NCBI GenBank assembly: GCA_964608675.1
Contig: CAZSOZ010000001.1
Span: 160,001 to 224,000, forward strand
DNA: 64,000 nucleotides
DNA from: an uncultured archaeon
GTDB lineage: Archaea; Iainarchaeota; Iainarchaeia; Iainarchaeales; 1-14-0-10-31-34
Reading direction: 5' to 3'
The position numbers and the translations under genes were made by a program. This document shows positions 29,898-39,626 of this stretch, piece after piece (position 1 is the first letter of the stretch; each line of letters starts with the position of its first letter). A model generated the notes under the pieces. That model had not been told where the DNA came from, made no database searches, and was given only the letters and a program-made list of their open reading frames with translations.

Positions 29898-31631
29898 ATG
29901 ATTTTAAAAACAAAAATTTTTGAGTTAATAAAACTGCTTAAAACAAGAAAAAAAGCCTCAATTGAAGAAATATCAAAAGAATTAAACTGGGAAAAAAACA
30001 AGCTTGAATTAACTGCAAAAATAATGGAAAAAACAGGAATCATTAACGTAATTTATCCTGCAAACGTTTTATCTAAACCCTACATTAAATTAGAAAAAGA
30101 ACCAAAAGAAACAAAAGAAGAAATGATTCCAACAGGAAAAACTTTGCTGGAATATGAAATACAAGCAGATTCCAGAAAAGGAAAAGCAAAAATACTCCAA
30201 AAAAAAGAAAATAACCGGCCTCAATACTTTCTTGAATTCAACAAAACCGATAAAGCAACAAAAGCATTCATGGAAGAAATAAAAGAAGAAATCGCCCAAA
30301 AAATTTCCATTGACACCGAAGAAACCAAAAAAGAAAAAGAACTAAAAGAAAAATTCATAAAAAACGTGAACGAAACTTTATTGAAATACTTCCCTGAAGA
30401 CAAAAACAACACAACAAAAAAACTTGCAGGAATTTTACTGCACGAAATGTATGGATTAGGAAAAATGGAATTATTAATGAAAGACGATTTACTTGAAGAA
30501 ATTGCAATAAATTCATCAAAAACAAAAATAGCCGTATACCACAGAGAATTCGGATGGCTGAAAACAAACATTGGTCTTGACTCAGAAAACTTAATTGAAA
30601 ATTATGCTTCACAAATTGCAAGAAAAGTAGGAAGAGAAATAACCAACCTTGCTCCTATTCTTGACGCACACTTAATTACAGGAGACAGAGTTAACGCAAC
30701 CCTGTTTCCAGTATCTTCTTCAGGAAACACAATAACAATAAGAAAGTTTTCAAGAAAACCATGGACAATAACAGATTTTATAGGAAAAGAAAAACACACA
30801 ATGAATTCAGAAATGGCAGCATTCTTATGGCTTGCAATACACTATGAAATGAATTTAATGGTGGCAGGCTCAACAGCATCAGGAAAAACTTCAGCCCTAA
30901 ACACTCTGTGCGCAATGATTCCAAGCTATCATAGAATCATTACAATAGAAGACGTAAGAGAATTAACTCTTCCAGATTACCTTAAATGGAACTGGGTGCC
31001 GTTAACAACAAGAAACCCCAATCCAGAAGGATTAGGAGAAATAAGCATGTTTGATTTAATGATGAGCTCATTAAGAATGCGTCCTGACAGAATAATTTTA
31101 GGGGAAATGAGAAAAAGAAAAGAAGCAGAAGTATTATTTGAAGCAATGCACACAGGGCATTCAGTTTACTCAACAATTCACGCTGATTCAGGAAGACAAT
31201 TAGTAAGAAGATTAACTGAACCACCAATTGAAATTCCTTCACTGGAAATAGAAGCACTGCATTTAGCTTTAGTACAATACAGAGACAGAAAAACAAACAA
31301 AAGAAGAACACTTGAAATAAGCGAAATAGACACAGGACTGCATGAAGGAGACGTTGCAATAAACACTATTTATAGATGGAGCCCAAGAACAGATTCATGG
31401 GACAAAGTAGAAGAACCAAACAAATTCTACGGAGAATTAAACCTGCATACAGGATTAACTGAACAAGAAATAGAAAAAGATTTGGAAAGCAGAAAAAAAA
31501 TACTTGAATGGATGGCAGAAAAAAAATACAATACAGTCAACCAAGTAGGAGAAATAATGAAAAACTATTATGCAAAACCAGAAATCGTTTTAAATGCAGC
31601 AGAAAAAAAACTTGACTTAAATAAAATGTAG
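29898..31631 (+). CDS. Type IV/Tad pilus assembly ATPase (TadA/VirB11 family) with N-terminal wHTH-like domain
   Basis: GSTASGKT, ITIEDVREL, SLRMRPDRIILGEMR, AMHTGH. Confidence 0.93.
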   Translation: MILKTKIFELIKLLKTRKKASIEEISKELNWEKNKLELTAKIMEKTGIINVIYPANVLSKPYIKLEKEPKETKEEMIPTGKTLLEYEIQADSRKGKAKILQKKENNRPQYFLEFNKTDKATKAFMEEIKEEIAQKISIDTEETKKEKELKEKFIKNVNETLLKYFPEDKNNTTKKLAGILLHEMYGLGKMELLMKDDLLEEIAINSSKTKIAVYHREFGWLKTNIGLDSENLIENYASQIARKVGREITNLAPILDAHLITGDRVNATLFPVSSSGNTITIRKFSRKPWTITDFIGKEKHTMNSEMAAFLWLAIHYEMNLMVAGSTASGKTSALNTLCAMIPSYHRIITIEDVRELTLPDYLKWNWVPLTTRNPNPEGLGEISMFDLMMSSLRMRPDRIILGEMRKRKEAEVLFEAMHTGHSVYSTIHADSGRQLVRRLTEPPIEIPSLEIEALHLALVQYRDRKTNKRRTLEISEIDTGLHEGDVAINTIYRWSPRTDSWDKVEEPNKFYGELNLHTGLTEQEIEKDLESRKKILEWMAEKKYNTVNQVGEIMKNYYAKPEIVLNAAEKKLDLNKM

Positions 31632-31640
31632 GGAAAAAAA

Positions 31641-32525
31641 ATGAAAATAAAATTCATGTTTCTTTCAATTGAACAGACAGAAAACTTAAACAAAAGGCTC
31701 TTGGTTATAGGAAACTTCCTGAAAAAAATATTTATAGGAACAAAATATGATTTAAAAAAAGCAGAAATCAAAACAGAAACAGAAAACTACCTTACAGCAG
31801 CATTTATTTCAGCAGTAATTTACGGAATAATTTTTTTTACATTAATTACTGTCATGATATTCTTAAAAGAAGGATTAATTCAAACAGCATTCCCCTTAAA
31901 TTTGATTATAGGAACAATTTTTTTTGTTTTATTTTTCTTTCTTCATTTAATTTACCCTGGAATAATTTCAAACCAGCTTGCCTTCGGAATCAACCAAGAC
32001 TTAGTTTTTGCATTAAAAAGCATGCTCATACAAGTTAAATCCGGAATCCCTTTATTTTCTTCAATTGAAAACACAGCTAAAGGAAACTACGGAACAGTAT
32101 CAAAAGAATTCCAATACGTAGTAAATGATATAACCGCAGGGACATCAGAATCAAAAGCAATAGAAAAAATGGCGCTAAGAACAAAATCAGATTACCTAAA
32201 AAAAGCAGGCTGGCAAATAGTGAATTCAATTAAAAGCGGAGCCAGTGTAGTAAGCGCATTAGAAACAACAATCGAAACACTGACAGCAAACCAAATGAGA
32301 TCAATAAAAAATTATTCAGCCGAACTCAATTTATGGATTTTAATATATTTGCTTTTGGCAGCAGCAATCCCAACTTTAGGAATAACTTTTATGATAATAC
32401 TGTCTTCAATGGGAGGCACAAGCATAACAGAAATGCATATAATTGCAACAATTGCTTTTGCATTTATTGTACAAATCATCTTAATTGGTTTTGTAAAAAA
32501 CCGAAAACCAAAGGTGGTTCTGTGA
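31641..32525 (+). CDS. Type II secretion system F / TadC-like membrane platform protein
   Basis: TM helices, KSGIPL, YGTVSKEF; follows the ATPase. Confidence 0.85.
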   Translation: MKIKFMFLSIEQTENLNKRLLVIGNFLKKIFIGTKYDLKKAEIKTETENYLTAAFISAVIYGIIFFTLITVMIFLKEGLIQTAFPLNLIIGTIFFVLFFFLHLIYPGIISNQLAFGINQDLVFALKSMLIQVKSGIPLFSSIENTAKGNYGTVSKEFQYVVNDITAGTSESKAIEKMALRTKSDYLKKAGWQIVNSIKSGASVVSALETTIETLTANQMRSIKNYSAELNLWILIYLLLAAAIPTLGITFMIILSSMGGTSITEMHIIATIAFAFIVQIILIGFVKNRKPKVVL

Positions 32526-33538
32526 AACTAACTGCATTCAATTTAATTCAAAAAAGACTTTCAGAAACAATTCCTGAAAAAATAAGAAAACAAATTTCAA
32601 TAAAAATGAATTACGCAGGAATAAAACAAGACATAGATGAATGGACAGGCAAAAGACTTTTTCTTTCACTGTTATTTGGATTAATAGGAATACTTATTCC
32701 TGTAAGTTTAGGAAATTTTTTTAGTTTAACAGAATTAAACATTCAAATAATTTACGGAATAATTCTGGGAACAATTTTTTTTCTGTTAACATTATTGTTA
32801 TATTATCTGCATTTAGAATACCAAATTGAAGACAGAAGAAAAAGAACAGAATCCGTTCTCCCTGATTTTCTTTTATTAGTTTCATCAAATTTACGGTCAG
32901 GAATGACTCCATTCGAAGCATTCAAAAACAGTTCCAGAGAAGAATTCGGACCGTTAGCAGAAGAAATAAAAATAATTACAGCAAAAAGCATGGGCATAGA
33001 ATCATTCAGAGATTCACTAAAACAACTGGAAAAAAAAATTGACTCCAGAATCCTAAAAGAAAGCATTTCCTTTTTATCTGAAAGCATGAAATCAGGAGGA
33101 AAACTCGCAAAACTACTTGAAGCAAGCGCAGAAGACATGTCAGAAACACAAGAATTAAAAAAAGAAATGATTTCAGGAACAAAAATGTATGTAATGTTTG
33201 TATTATTTGTAATAATTGCTGCAACCCCTCTCCTTATGTCAATTTCCGTTCAATTCCTTGACATGATTTCATCCATTCAAACAGAACAAACAACAGGAAA
33301 CACAGAACTAAATTTAGGTTTTCTTAATTCCCAACTTGCAATTACACCAAACTTCATGCAAAATATTGCATTAATTTTATTTTTCGGAAACGCAATTCTT
33401 TCAAGTTTATTTATCGGAATATTAACAGAAAGAAAAGCAAGACTTGGAGTAAAATATTCTCCAATAATTTTTATTGCAACAACAATACTGTTTATTGGAT
33501 TCAAAACACTGGTTTCAGGAATTTTGTCTGTTATATGA
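32522..33538 (+). CDS. Type II secretion system F / TadC-like membrane platform protein
   Basis: LPDFLLLVSSNLRSGMT, FGPLAEE, SGGKLAKLL; probable GTG start overlapping the upstream stop. Confidence 0.85.
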   Translation: MKLTAFNLIQKRLSETIPEKIRKQISIKMNYAGIKQDIDEWTGKRLFLSLLFGLIGILIPVSLGNFFSLTELNIQIIYGIILGTIFFLLTLLLYYLHLEYQIEDRRKRTESVLPDFLLLVSSNLRSGMTPFEAFKNSSREEFGPLAEEIKIITAKSMGIESFRDSLKQLEKKIDSRILKESISFLSESMKSGGKLAKLLEASAEDMSETQELKKEMISGTKMYVMFVLFVIIAATPLLMSISVQFLDMISSIQTEQTTGNTELNLGFLNSQLAITPNFMQNIALILFFGNAILSSLFIGILTERKARLGVKYSPIIFIATTILFIGFKTLVSGILSVI

Positions 33539-33608
33539 AAAGAAAAAGATTATAAATAAAAAAACCACTAATAGATAATATTATTTTTATTTAGAGGAGG
33601 AAAAAAAA

Positions 33609-34061
33609 ATGATTGAAAGAAAAGCACAAGGAACAACCGAATACCTTATTATTCTGGCTGTAATCATAGTGATTGCATTAGTAGTTGTTGGAGTAATGGG
33701 TTGGGTTCCAGGATTAAGCGGAGGAATAACAGAACAGCAGTCAAGAGCATACTGGCAGTCAACAGCTCCATTCGCAATAAAAGAATACAAAATAAGCGGA
33801 ACAACAGCAAGCCTAGAAGTCCAAAATGTTTCAGCAAACAAACTTACTTTAACTGACGTTGAATTAGACGGAGAAGGAAGCATTGCATCCAACGTTGAAT
33901 TCAATGCAGGAGAAAGCAAGCTAGTGACTGTTACAATTACCACTGCGTGCGGAGACCCTGGAACAGGATTTGACAAAAACGTAAGCTTTACATACAACTC
34001 AAAAAATGTCACAGGACTAGTTCAAATCGGAGACAAAGGACTAATAGGAAAATGCAGTTAA
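33609..34061 (+). CDS. Probable major type IV pilin
   Basis: RKA/QGTTEYLIILAVIIVIALVVVG; own TATA (TTATAAA) and GAGGAGG SD; downstream hairpin. Confidence 0.85.
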   Translation: MIERKAQGTTEYLIILAVIIVIALVVVGVMGWVPGLSGGITEQQSRAYWQSTAPFAIKEYKISGTTASLEVQNVSANKLTLTDVELDGEGSIASNVEFNAGESKLVTVTITTACGDPGTGFDKNVSFTYNSKNVTGLVQIGDKGLIGKCS

Positions 34062-34098
34062 AACAACTGACCAGTCAATGGACATCTGATTTACTTGT

Positions 34099-34118
34099 GC
34101 ACGCCATTAAAGGCGTGC
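34099..34118. terminator. Hairpin between convergent pilin and tpiA genes
   Basis: GCACGCC-ATTAAA-GGCGTGC followed by T-tracts. Confidence 0.55.
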
Positions 34119-34139
34119 TATACTATTTTTTTTATTTTT

Positions 34140-34877
34140 TTATTTATTAAAATTAGCTATTTTTGCAAAAGCATCAGGATTAAGAGAAGCTCCGCCAACC
34201 AAAACTCCATCAACACAATCAACAGAAAAAACTTCCTTGATGTTTTCAGGTTTAACGCTTCCGCCATACAAAATTTTAATTTCGTTTCCTTTTTCTCCAA
34301 ACAATTCAGTCAACTGGCATCTAATAAAAGAATGCGCATTAAAAATATCTTTAGGTTTAGCTGTTTTTCCAGAACCAATAGCCCAAACAGGTTCATAAGC
34401 AACAAAAATACTGCTAGAAAAAGAAACGTTCTTCAAAGAATCACACAATTGCTCGCTTAAAATAAAATTTGTTTTATCCTGTTCTCTTTCCTTAAAAGTT
34501 TCGCCCACACACAAAACAACCTTAAAATTTAATTCAAGAGCTTTCTTTAACTTTTTATTGATTAACTGACTGGACTCAAAAAATTTACGGCGCCTGTCAG
34601 AATGCCCCAATAAAACAAAACTGCAAAAACCCTTTAACTGCAAAAAAGAAATTTCTCCGGTAAATTCGCCTTTTTCTTCAAAAAAAGCATTTTGGGCACC
34701 AACAAAAATTTTCTTTAAAGCAAACTTTCTTGCAAAAGGAATACACGTAAAAGAAGGAAAAACAATTATCTGGTTTTTTGACTTAAAAACCAGTTTATTG
34801 AATTTACGGAAAAAAATTTTTGTTTCCTCTGCATTTTTATTCATCTTCCAGTTTCCTGCAACAATTTTTTCAGCCAT
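34140..34877 (-). CDS. tpiA: Triosephosphate isomerase (bacterial type)
   Basis: AGNWKMN, GHSDRR, AYEPVWAIGSG, LYGGSV, GVLVGGASL. Confidence 0.95.
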   Translation of the reverse strand: MAEKIVAGNWKMNKNAEETKIFFRKFNKLVFKSKNQIIVFPSFTCIPFARKFALKKIFVGAQNAFFEEKGEFTGEISFLQLKGFCSFVLLGHSDRRRKFFESSQLINKKLKKALELNFKVVLCVGETFKEREQDKTNFILSEQLCDSLKNVSFSSSIFVAYEPVWAIGSGKTAKPKDIFNAHSFIRCQLTELFGEKGNEIKILYGGSVKPENIKEVFSVDCVDGVLVGGASLNPDAFAKIANFNK

Positions 34878-34968
34878 TTAAACCAATAACAATAAAATAC
34901 AAACAAATAAATAAAATTACCTGAAATAAACAACAAATTAAAGCTTTTTTACAGAAAAAATATAAATA

Positions 34969-36798
34969 ATGCAATATGAAAACGTTTCTCCAAAAAAACT
35001 CTTGAATTCAGTTAAAAAAACACAAGAATACTCTTTAATAAAAAAAGCCACAGAACATGCTGAAAAAGAATTAACAGGAAAAAAATTATCAAACTGCCTT
35101 AACACAGCATACACAATAAACTCCCTTGCAATAAGAGGAAACATAATTTCAGCAACCTTATTGCATGAAACAAAATTAAATCAAGAAGAAATAAAAAAAG
35201 AATTCAACGAAGACACAAAAAAATTAGTTGAATCAATAAGAAAAATAAAAAAAATAGAATCACAATACAAAAACTTTGACTCAAAAACATTAAGCAAAAT
35301 AATTCTTGCAACAACCAAAGACGCAAGAACAATAATAATTATTCTGGCATCAAAACTTGCTGAATTAAGAAATGCAAAAAAAGAAGAAAAACACAAAGCA
35401 AAAATAGTACAGGAAGTATACCTCCCCATAAGCCAAAAACTAGGGTTAAACGAAATAAAATGGGAATTAGAAGACCTTGCATTCAAATTACTGCAAAAAA
35501 AAGAATACGATAAAATAAAATACAAATTAAAAAAGAAAAAAACAGAAAGAGAAAAAGAACTAAAAAAAATAATAAAAGAAATAAAAAAAACACTAAAAAA
35601 AGAAAAAATAAAAGCAGAAGTAATTGGAAGAACAAAAAATTTCGTTGGAATCCACAACAAAATGAAAAGAAAAAAATGCGGTTTAGAAGACCTCCATGAT
35701 TTAATTGCAGTAAGAATAATCTGCAACACAATAAAAGAATGCTATATTATTCTGGGAATAATTCATTCATTATATGAACCTTTACTGAATTCATTTGATG
35801 ACTATATTGCAAACCCCAAAGAAAATAATTACAAGTCAATTCACACAGACCTAAAAACAAAAGACAAACAGGTTTTTGAAGCACAAATAAGGACATGGGA
35901 AATGAACGCAGAAGCAGAAGAAGGCCTTCCTGCCCACTGGACATACAAACAAATAAAAAAAGACACAGAATTCGACGGAAAACTTATTTGGGCAAAACAA
36001 TTAATTGAATGGAACAAAAAAAACAAAACAAAAAACGTGCTGGATACAATAAAAATAGGGTTTGAAGAAAAAAAAATATTTACTTTAACCCCAAAAGCAG
36101 ACATAATTGAACTGCTCCCAAAATCAACTCCAATAGATTTTGCGTACTCAATTCATTCAGCAGTAGGAAACAAATGCAGTAAAGCAAAAGTAAACGGAAA
36201 AATAGTTCCCTTAGATTATCCGCTTGAAAATGGAGACATCATTGAAATAATAATTTCACCAAAACAGCACCCAAAAAGACAATGGCTTACCATAGCAAAA
36301 ACAACAAAAGCAAAAGCAAAAATAAGACAAGCATTAGAAATAACAGGACAAGAAAAAAAAAGAAAAAAAACAATAAAAACAATTCCAATAAAAATGACTC
36401 ATTCAATCAGAATATCAAAATGCTGCAATCCCCTCCCTGAAGATAAAATTGCCGCACTAAAAACAACTAAAAGAAAAATAGCAATACATAAAGAAAACTG
36501 CAGAAACATCTTAAGAGAAAACCCAAAAAAAATAATTCCAATAAGCTGGGAAATGATAGGAAAAAAAGAATTAACTGCAGAAATAAAAATAGAAGCAAAA
36601 GAAAAAGTAAATCTGCTTAAAGACATTCTTGATGCAATAGTTTTACTAAAAGGAAAAGTGATTGCAACAGAAACAAAAGTTGAAAACAAAAAAGTGATTT
36701 CAAAATTCACAATACAAGCAAAAAAACCACAGGCAATAAGCCGAATAATAGAAAAAATAAAAAAAATAGAAGGAATAAAAACAGTAAAAAGAAGCTAA
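34969..36798 (+). CDS. Long RelA/SpoT homolog (degenerate HD, SYNTH, TGS, ZFD, ACT)
   Basis: GRTKN, DLIAVRI, FDDYIANPKENNYKSIHT, EAQIRT, AHWTYK; TGS TPIDFAYSIHS; CCNPLP...HKENC. Confidence 0.92.
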   Translation: MQYENVSPKKLLNSVKKTQEYSLIKKATEHAEKELTGKKLSNCLNTAYTINSLAIRGNIISATLLHETKLNQEEIKKEFNEDTKKLVESIRKIKKIESQYKNFDSKTLSKIILATTKDARTIIIILASKLAELRNAKKEEKHKAKIVQEVYLPISQKLGLNEIKWELEDLAFKLLQKKEYDKIKYKLKKKKTEREKELKKIIKEIKKTLKKEKIKAEVIGRTKNFVGIHNKMKRKKCGLEDLHDLIAVRIICNTIKECYIILGIIHSLYEPLLNSFDDYIANPKENNYKSIHTDLKTKDKQVFEAQIRTWEMNAEAEEGLPAHWTYKQIKKDTEFDGKLIWAKQLIEWNKKNKTKNVLDTIKIGFEEKKIFTLTPKADIIELLPKSTPIDFAYSIHSAVGNKCSKAKVNGKIVPLDYPLENGDIIEIIISPKQHPKRQWLTIAKTTKAKAKIRQALEITGQEKKRKKTIKTIPIKMTHSIRISKCCNPLPEDKIAALKTTKRKIAIHKENCRNILRENPKKIIPISWEMIGKKELTAEIKIEAKEKVNLLKDILDAIVLLKGKVIATETKVENKKVISKFTIQAKKPQAISRIIEKIKKIEGIKTVKRS

Positions 36799-36884
36799 AA
36801 AAACAAAAAAAACCAAAATACAAAAGTTTTTATTTAATAAAAAAACTTATATTAACAGCAAAAAAAAAATAAAGGGGAATTTAA

Positions 36885-37628
36885 ATGAAAAGAGTTAAAA
36901 CAGGAATAAGCGGGTTGGACGAATTAATTGAAGGAGGTTTTCCGGAAAAAAGAGCAATGCTTGTATCAGGCGCCTGTGGAACAGGAAAAACAATTTTTTC
37001 AATGCAGTACATTTACAACGGAGCAATAAAATACAATGAACCAGGAATATATGTAACTTTAGATGAACGCCCTGAATTAATTCGAGAAGACGTAGCAAGA
37101 TTTGGATGGGATCTAAGAAAACTGGAAGAAAAAAAATTATTAAGCATAATAGACGGAAGCGTGGCAAGAATAGGAATGCCCTCAGAAGAAGAATTCTCTC
37201 TGCCAATGACAGGATTTGATTTAGACAAGCTTTTGCTGGAAATAATGAGAGTAACAAAAAGAATTGGAGCAAAAAGAGTTGTAATTGATTCAATTCCTGC
37301 ATTAGGATTTAATTTTGAAAACGAAAACGAAACAAGAAAAGCAATACTCAAATTAAGTTATATGTTAATGAGAATAGGAGTCACATCAATAATGACTTCA
37401 GAAATACAGGAAGGAGCGGCAAAATTCGGAAAATACGATGTAGAAGAATATGTAGTTGACGGAGTAGTCATACTGCATTATTCAGGAATTGGAGGAGGAG
37501 GAACAAACAGAACTATTCACATCCGAAAAATGAGAGCCACCAAACACTCCGAAGACTTGCATCCATTAACAATAACAAAAAAAGGAATGAATATACATGG
37601 AATAGAAGAAGCATACGATGAAAGCTGA
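36885..37628 (+). CDS. KaiC/RAD55-like ATPase (single domain)
   Basis: TGISGLDELIEGG, GACGTGKT, RVVIDS, EEYVVDG, RKMRATKH. Confidence 0.9.
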   Translation: MKRVKTGISGLDELIEGGFPEKRAMLVSGACGTGKTIFSMQYIYNGAIKYNEPGIYVTLDERPELIREDVARFGWDLRKLEEKKLLSIIDGSVARIGMPSEEEFSLPMTGFDLDKLLLEIMRVTKRIGAKRVVIDSIPALGFNFENENETRKAILKLSYMLMRIGVTSIMTSEIQEGAAKFGKYDVEEYVVDGVVILHYSGIGGGGTNRTIHIRKMRATKHSEDLHPLTITKKGMNIHGIEEAYDES

Positions 37629-37681
37629 AAAAAAACAAACAATAATTAATTTGTTCCTCTAATTGTTTTTAAAGTGATTAA

Positions 37682-39289
37682 ATGAGTAAATGGGTTTTCT
37701 GGGCAGATGAAATAGCAGAAAAAATAATTAAAAGAAAAAAATTTCATTTTACCGAACAAAAAATTCCTGAAATAAAAAAATGGACAGTTAAAAGTTCAAG
37801 TTCTTTGTCAGGAGTACTTCACATAGGAAGGCTTTCAGACATAATCAGAGGAGAAGCAGAAGCAAGAGCCCTCGAAGAAAAAGGTTTTCCAATTGAATTC
37901 ATTTATGTAACAGAAGACATGGACCCCTTAAGAAAAATCCCAAAAGGAGTCCCTGAAAAATTCAAAGAATACATTGGTTTTCCTGTATCAGACATACCAG
38001 ACCCAAACGGATGCCATCAAAGCTATGCAGAACACTTTACAGCAGAATTCTTAAGCGTGTTCAAAGACTTTCTTTATTTAGAACCAAAAATATATTCAAT
38101 GAGAAAAGAATACCAGAAAAAAAACTTTAACGAAGAAATAAAAGAATTAGTAAAAAACACAGAAGAAATAAAAAAAATAATAGAAAAAATACAGGGAAGC
38201 GAAGTAGGAAAAAATTGGAGTGTATGGAAACCAATATGCGAAAAATGCGGAAACCTGCAGACAACCACAATAACCAAAATTGAAGGGACAAAAATTCACT
38301 ATAAATGCCAAGACTATAAATTTGAAAAATTTACTGCAAAAGGATGCGGTTATGAAGGAATATCAGATTTAAATAAAGCAAACGGAAAATTAATCTGGAA
38401 AAGCGAATGGGCTGCACAATGGAAAAGATGGAAAGTTTGTTCAGAAGGAGCAGGAAAAGAATACGAAAGCAGGAATTCTGCTTTCTGGGTTAACGCAGAA
38501 ATAACAGAAAAAATTCTTGGTTTTCCTCATCCAGAACCAATTTTCTATGAACACATAATTATTGGCGGAGAAAAAATGAGTGCTTCAGTAGGAAACGTGG
38601 TTTATCCAGCTGACTGGCTAAAAGTAGCAAAACCAGAAACCCTCAAATACCTGTATATGAAAAGATTAATGAAAACCAGAAGCTTTGAATGGACAGACAT
38701 ACCCTTACTAGAACTGGAATTAGACAGAATACTGCAGACAAAAAAAAACAAAAAAGGAGACGAAATAGAACAATTAAAAAAATCAAAATACAAAAATTTC
38801 ATAAAAGTAAAAAACAGAAAAATAATTCCCTTACAAGCAGACTATACTTTATGCGCTTTCTTAAACGAATTTTATTCTGAAAACCAAATAATAGAAAAAT
38901 TAAAAGAAATGAACAAAATAGAATCAGATTCCCAAGAAGAAATTCAAGCACTAAAAGAAAGAATTAGATTGTCAAAAAACTGGCTGAAAAAATATGCGCC
39001 AGAAGAAAACAAAATAATTTTCTCAGAAACAATAACAAGAAAACCTGAAAAAAAAATAAAAGAAGTATTCAAAGAAACCATAAAAATACTGGAAAAAGAA
39101 AATAATCCTGAAAAAATCCAGCAGGAAATTTATAATACAGGAAAAGAAAAAGGATTACAGCCAAAAGAATTATTCAAAGAATTCTACTTGTTTTTAATTG
39201 GAAAAGAAAAAGGCCCAAGATTAGGGCAATTAATTACAGCAATAGGAAAAGAAAAAGTCAGGGAAAAAATTGAGAAGGCAATGGAATGA
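37682..39289 (+). CDS. lysS: Lysyl-tRNA synthetase, class I
   Basis: WADEIAE, LHIGR, DMDPLRKIP, CEKCG, KMSASVGN, GPRLG. Confidence 0.93.
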   Translation: MSKWVFWADEIAEKIIKRKKFHFTEQKIPEIKKWTVKSSSSLSGVLHIGRLSDIIRGEAEARALEEKGFPIEFIYVTEDMDPLRKIPKGVPEKFKEYIGFPVSDIPDPNGCHQSYAEHFTAEFLSVFKDFLYLEPKIYSMRKEYQKKNFNEEIKELVKNTEEIKKIIEKIQGSEVGKNWSVWKPICEKCGNLQTTTITKIEGTKIHYKCQDYKFEKFTAKGCGYEGISDLNKANGKLIWKSEWAAQWKRWKVCSEGAGKEYESRNSAFWVNAEITEKILGFPHPEPIFYEHIIIGGEKMSASVGNVVYPADWLKVAKPETLKYLYMKRLMKTRSFEWTDIPLLELELDRILQTKKNKKGDEIEQLKKSKYKNFIKVKNRKIIPLQADYTLCAFLNEFYSENQIIEKLKEMNKIESDSQEEIQALKERIRLSKNWLKKYAPEENKIIFSETITRKPEKKIKEVFKETIKILEKENNPEKIQQEIYNTGKEKGLQPKELFKEFYLFLIGKEKGPRLGQLITAIGKEKVREKIEKAME

Positions 39290-39553
39290 AAACACCAAGA
39301 AAAATCAGGAAAACAAGAGTAAAAATGCTTGAGCCAAGCCTGCTTCCAAGACTCACAAAAAAAAATGCCTGCAAAAGTCAGAAAAATAGTTGAAATTGGC
39401 TATGAAAGAAATGTAGAAAATATAAGGCAATTAATACCAAAAGCAGGAGACAAAAACATTAATGTAAGGCATGTGACACAAATAGCAATCGGACAACTTA
39501 TAGAAGTAAACAAAAAAAATCCCAAAAAATTTTTTTTTATACGGGCTAAATAA
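39286..39553 (+). pseudogene. Basic orphan broken at an A9 tract, or a 62-aa ORF starting MPAKVRK at 39365
   Basis: ATG overlaps the lysS stop; MKTPRKIRKTRVK... joins the downstream frame if A9 (39357-39365) were A8. Confidence 0.45.
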
Positions 39554-39626
39554 TAAAAATCCTTTAATTGCAGAAAAAATAAAAAGAATTTATATAAAAT
39601 ATTTTCCAGAGTTAGCAAAAAAATAA

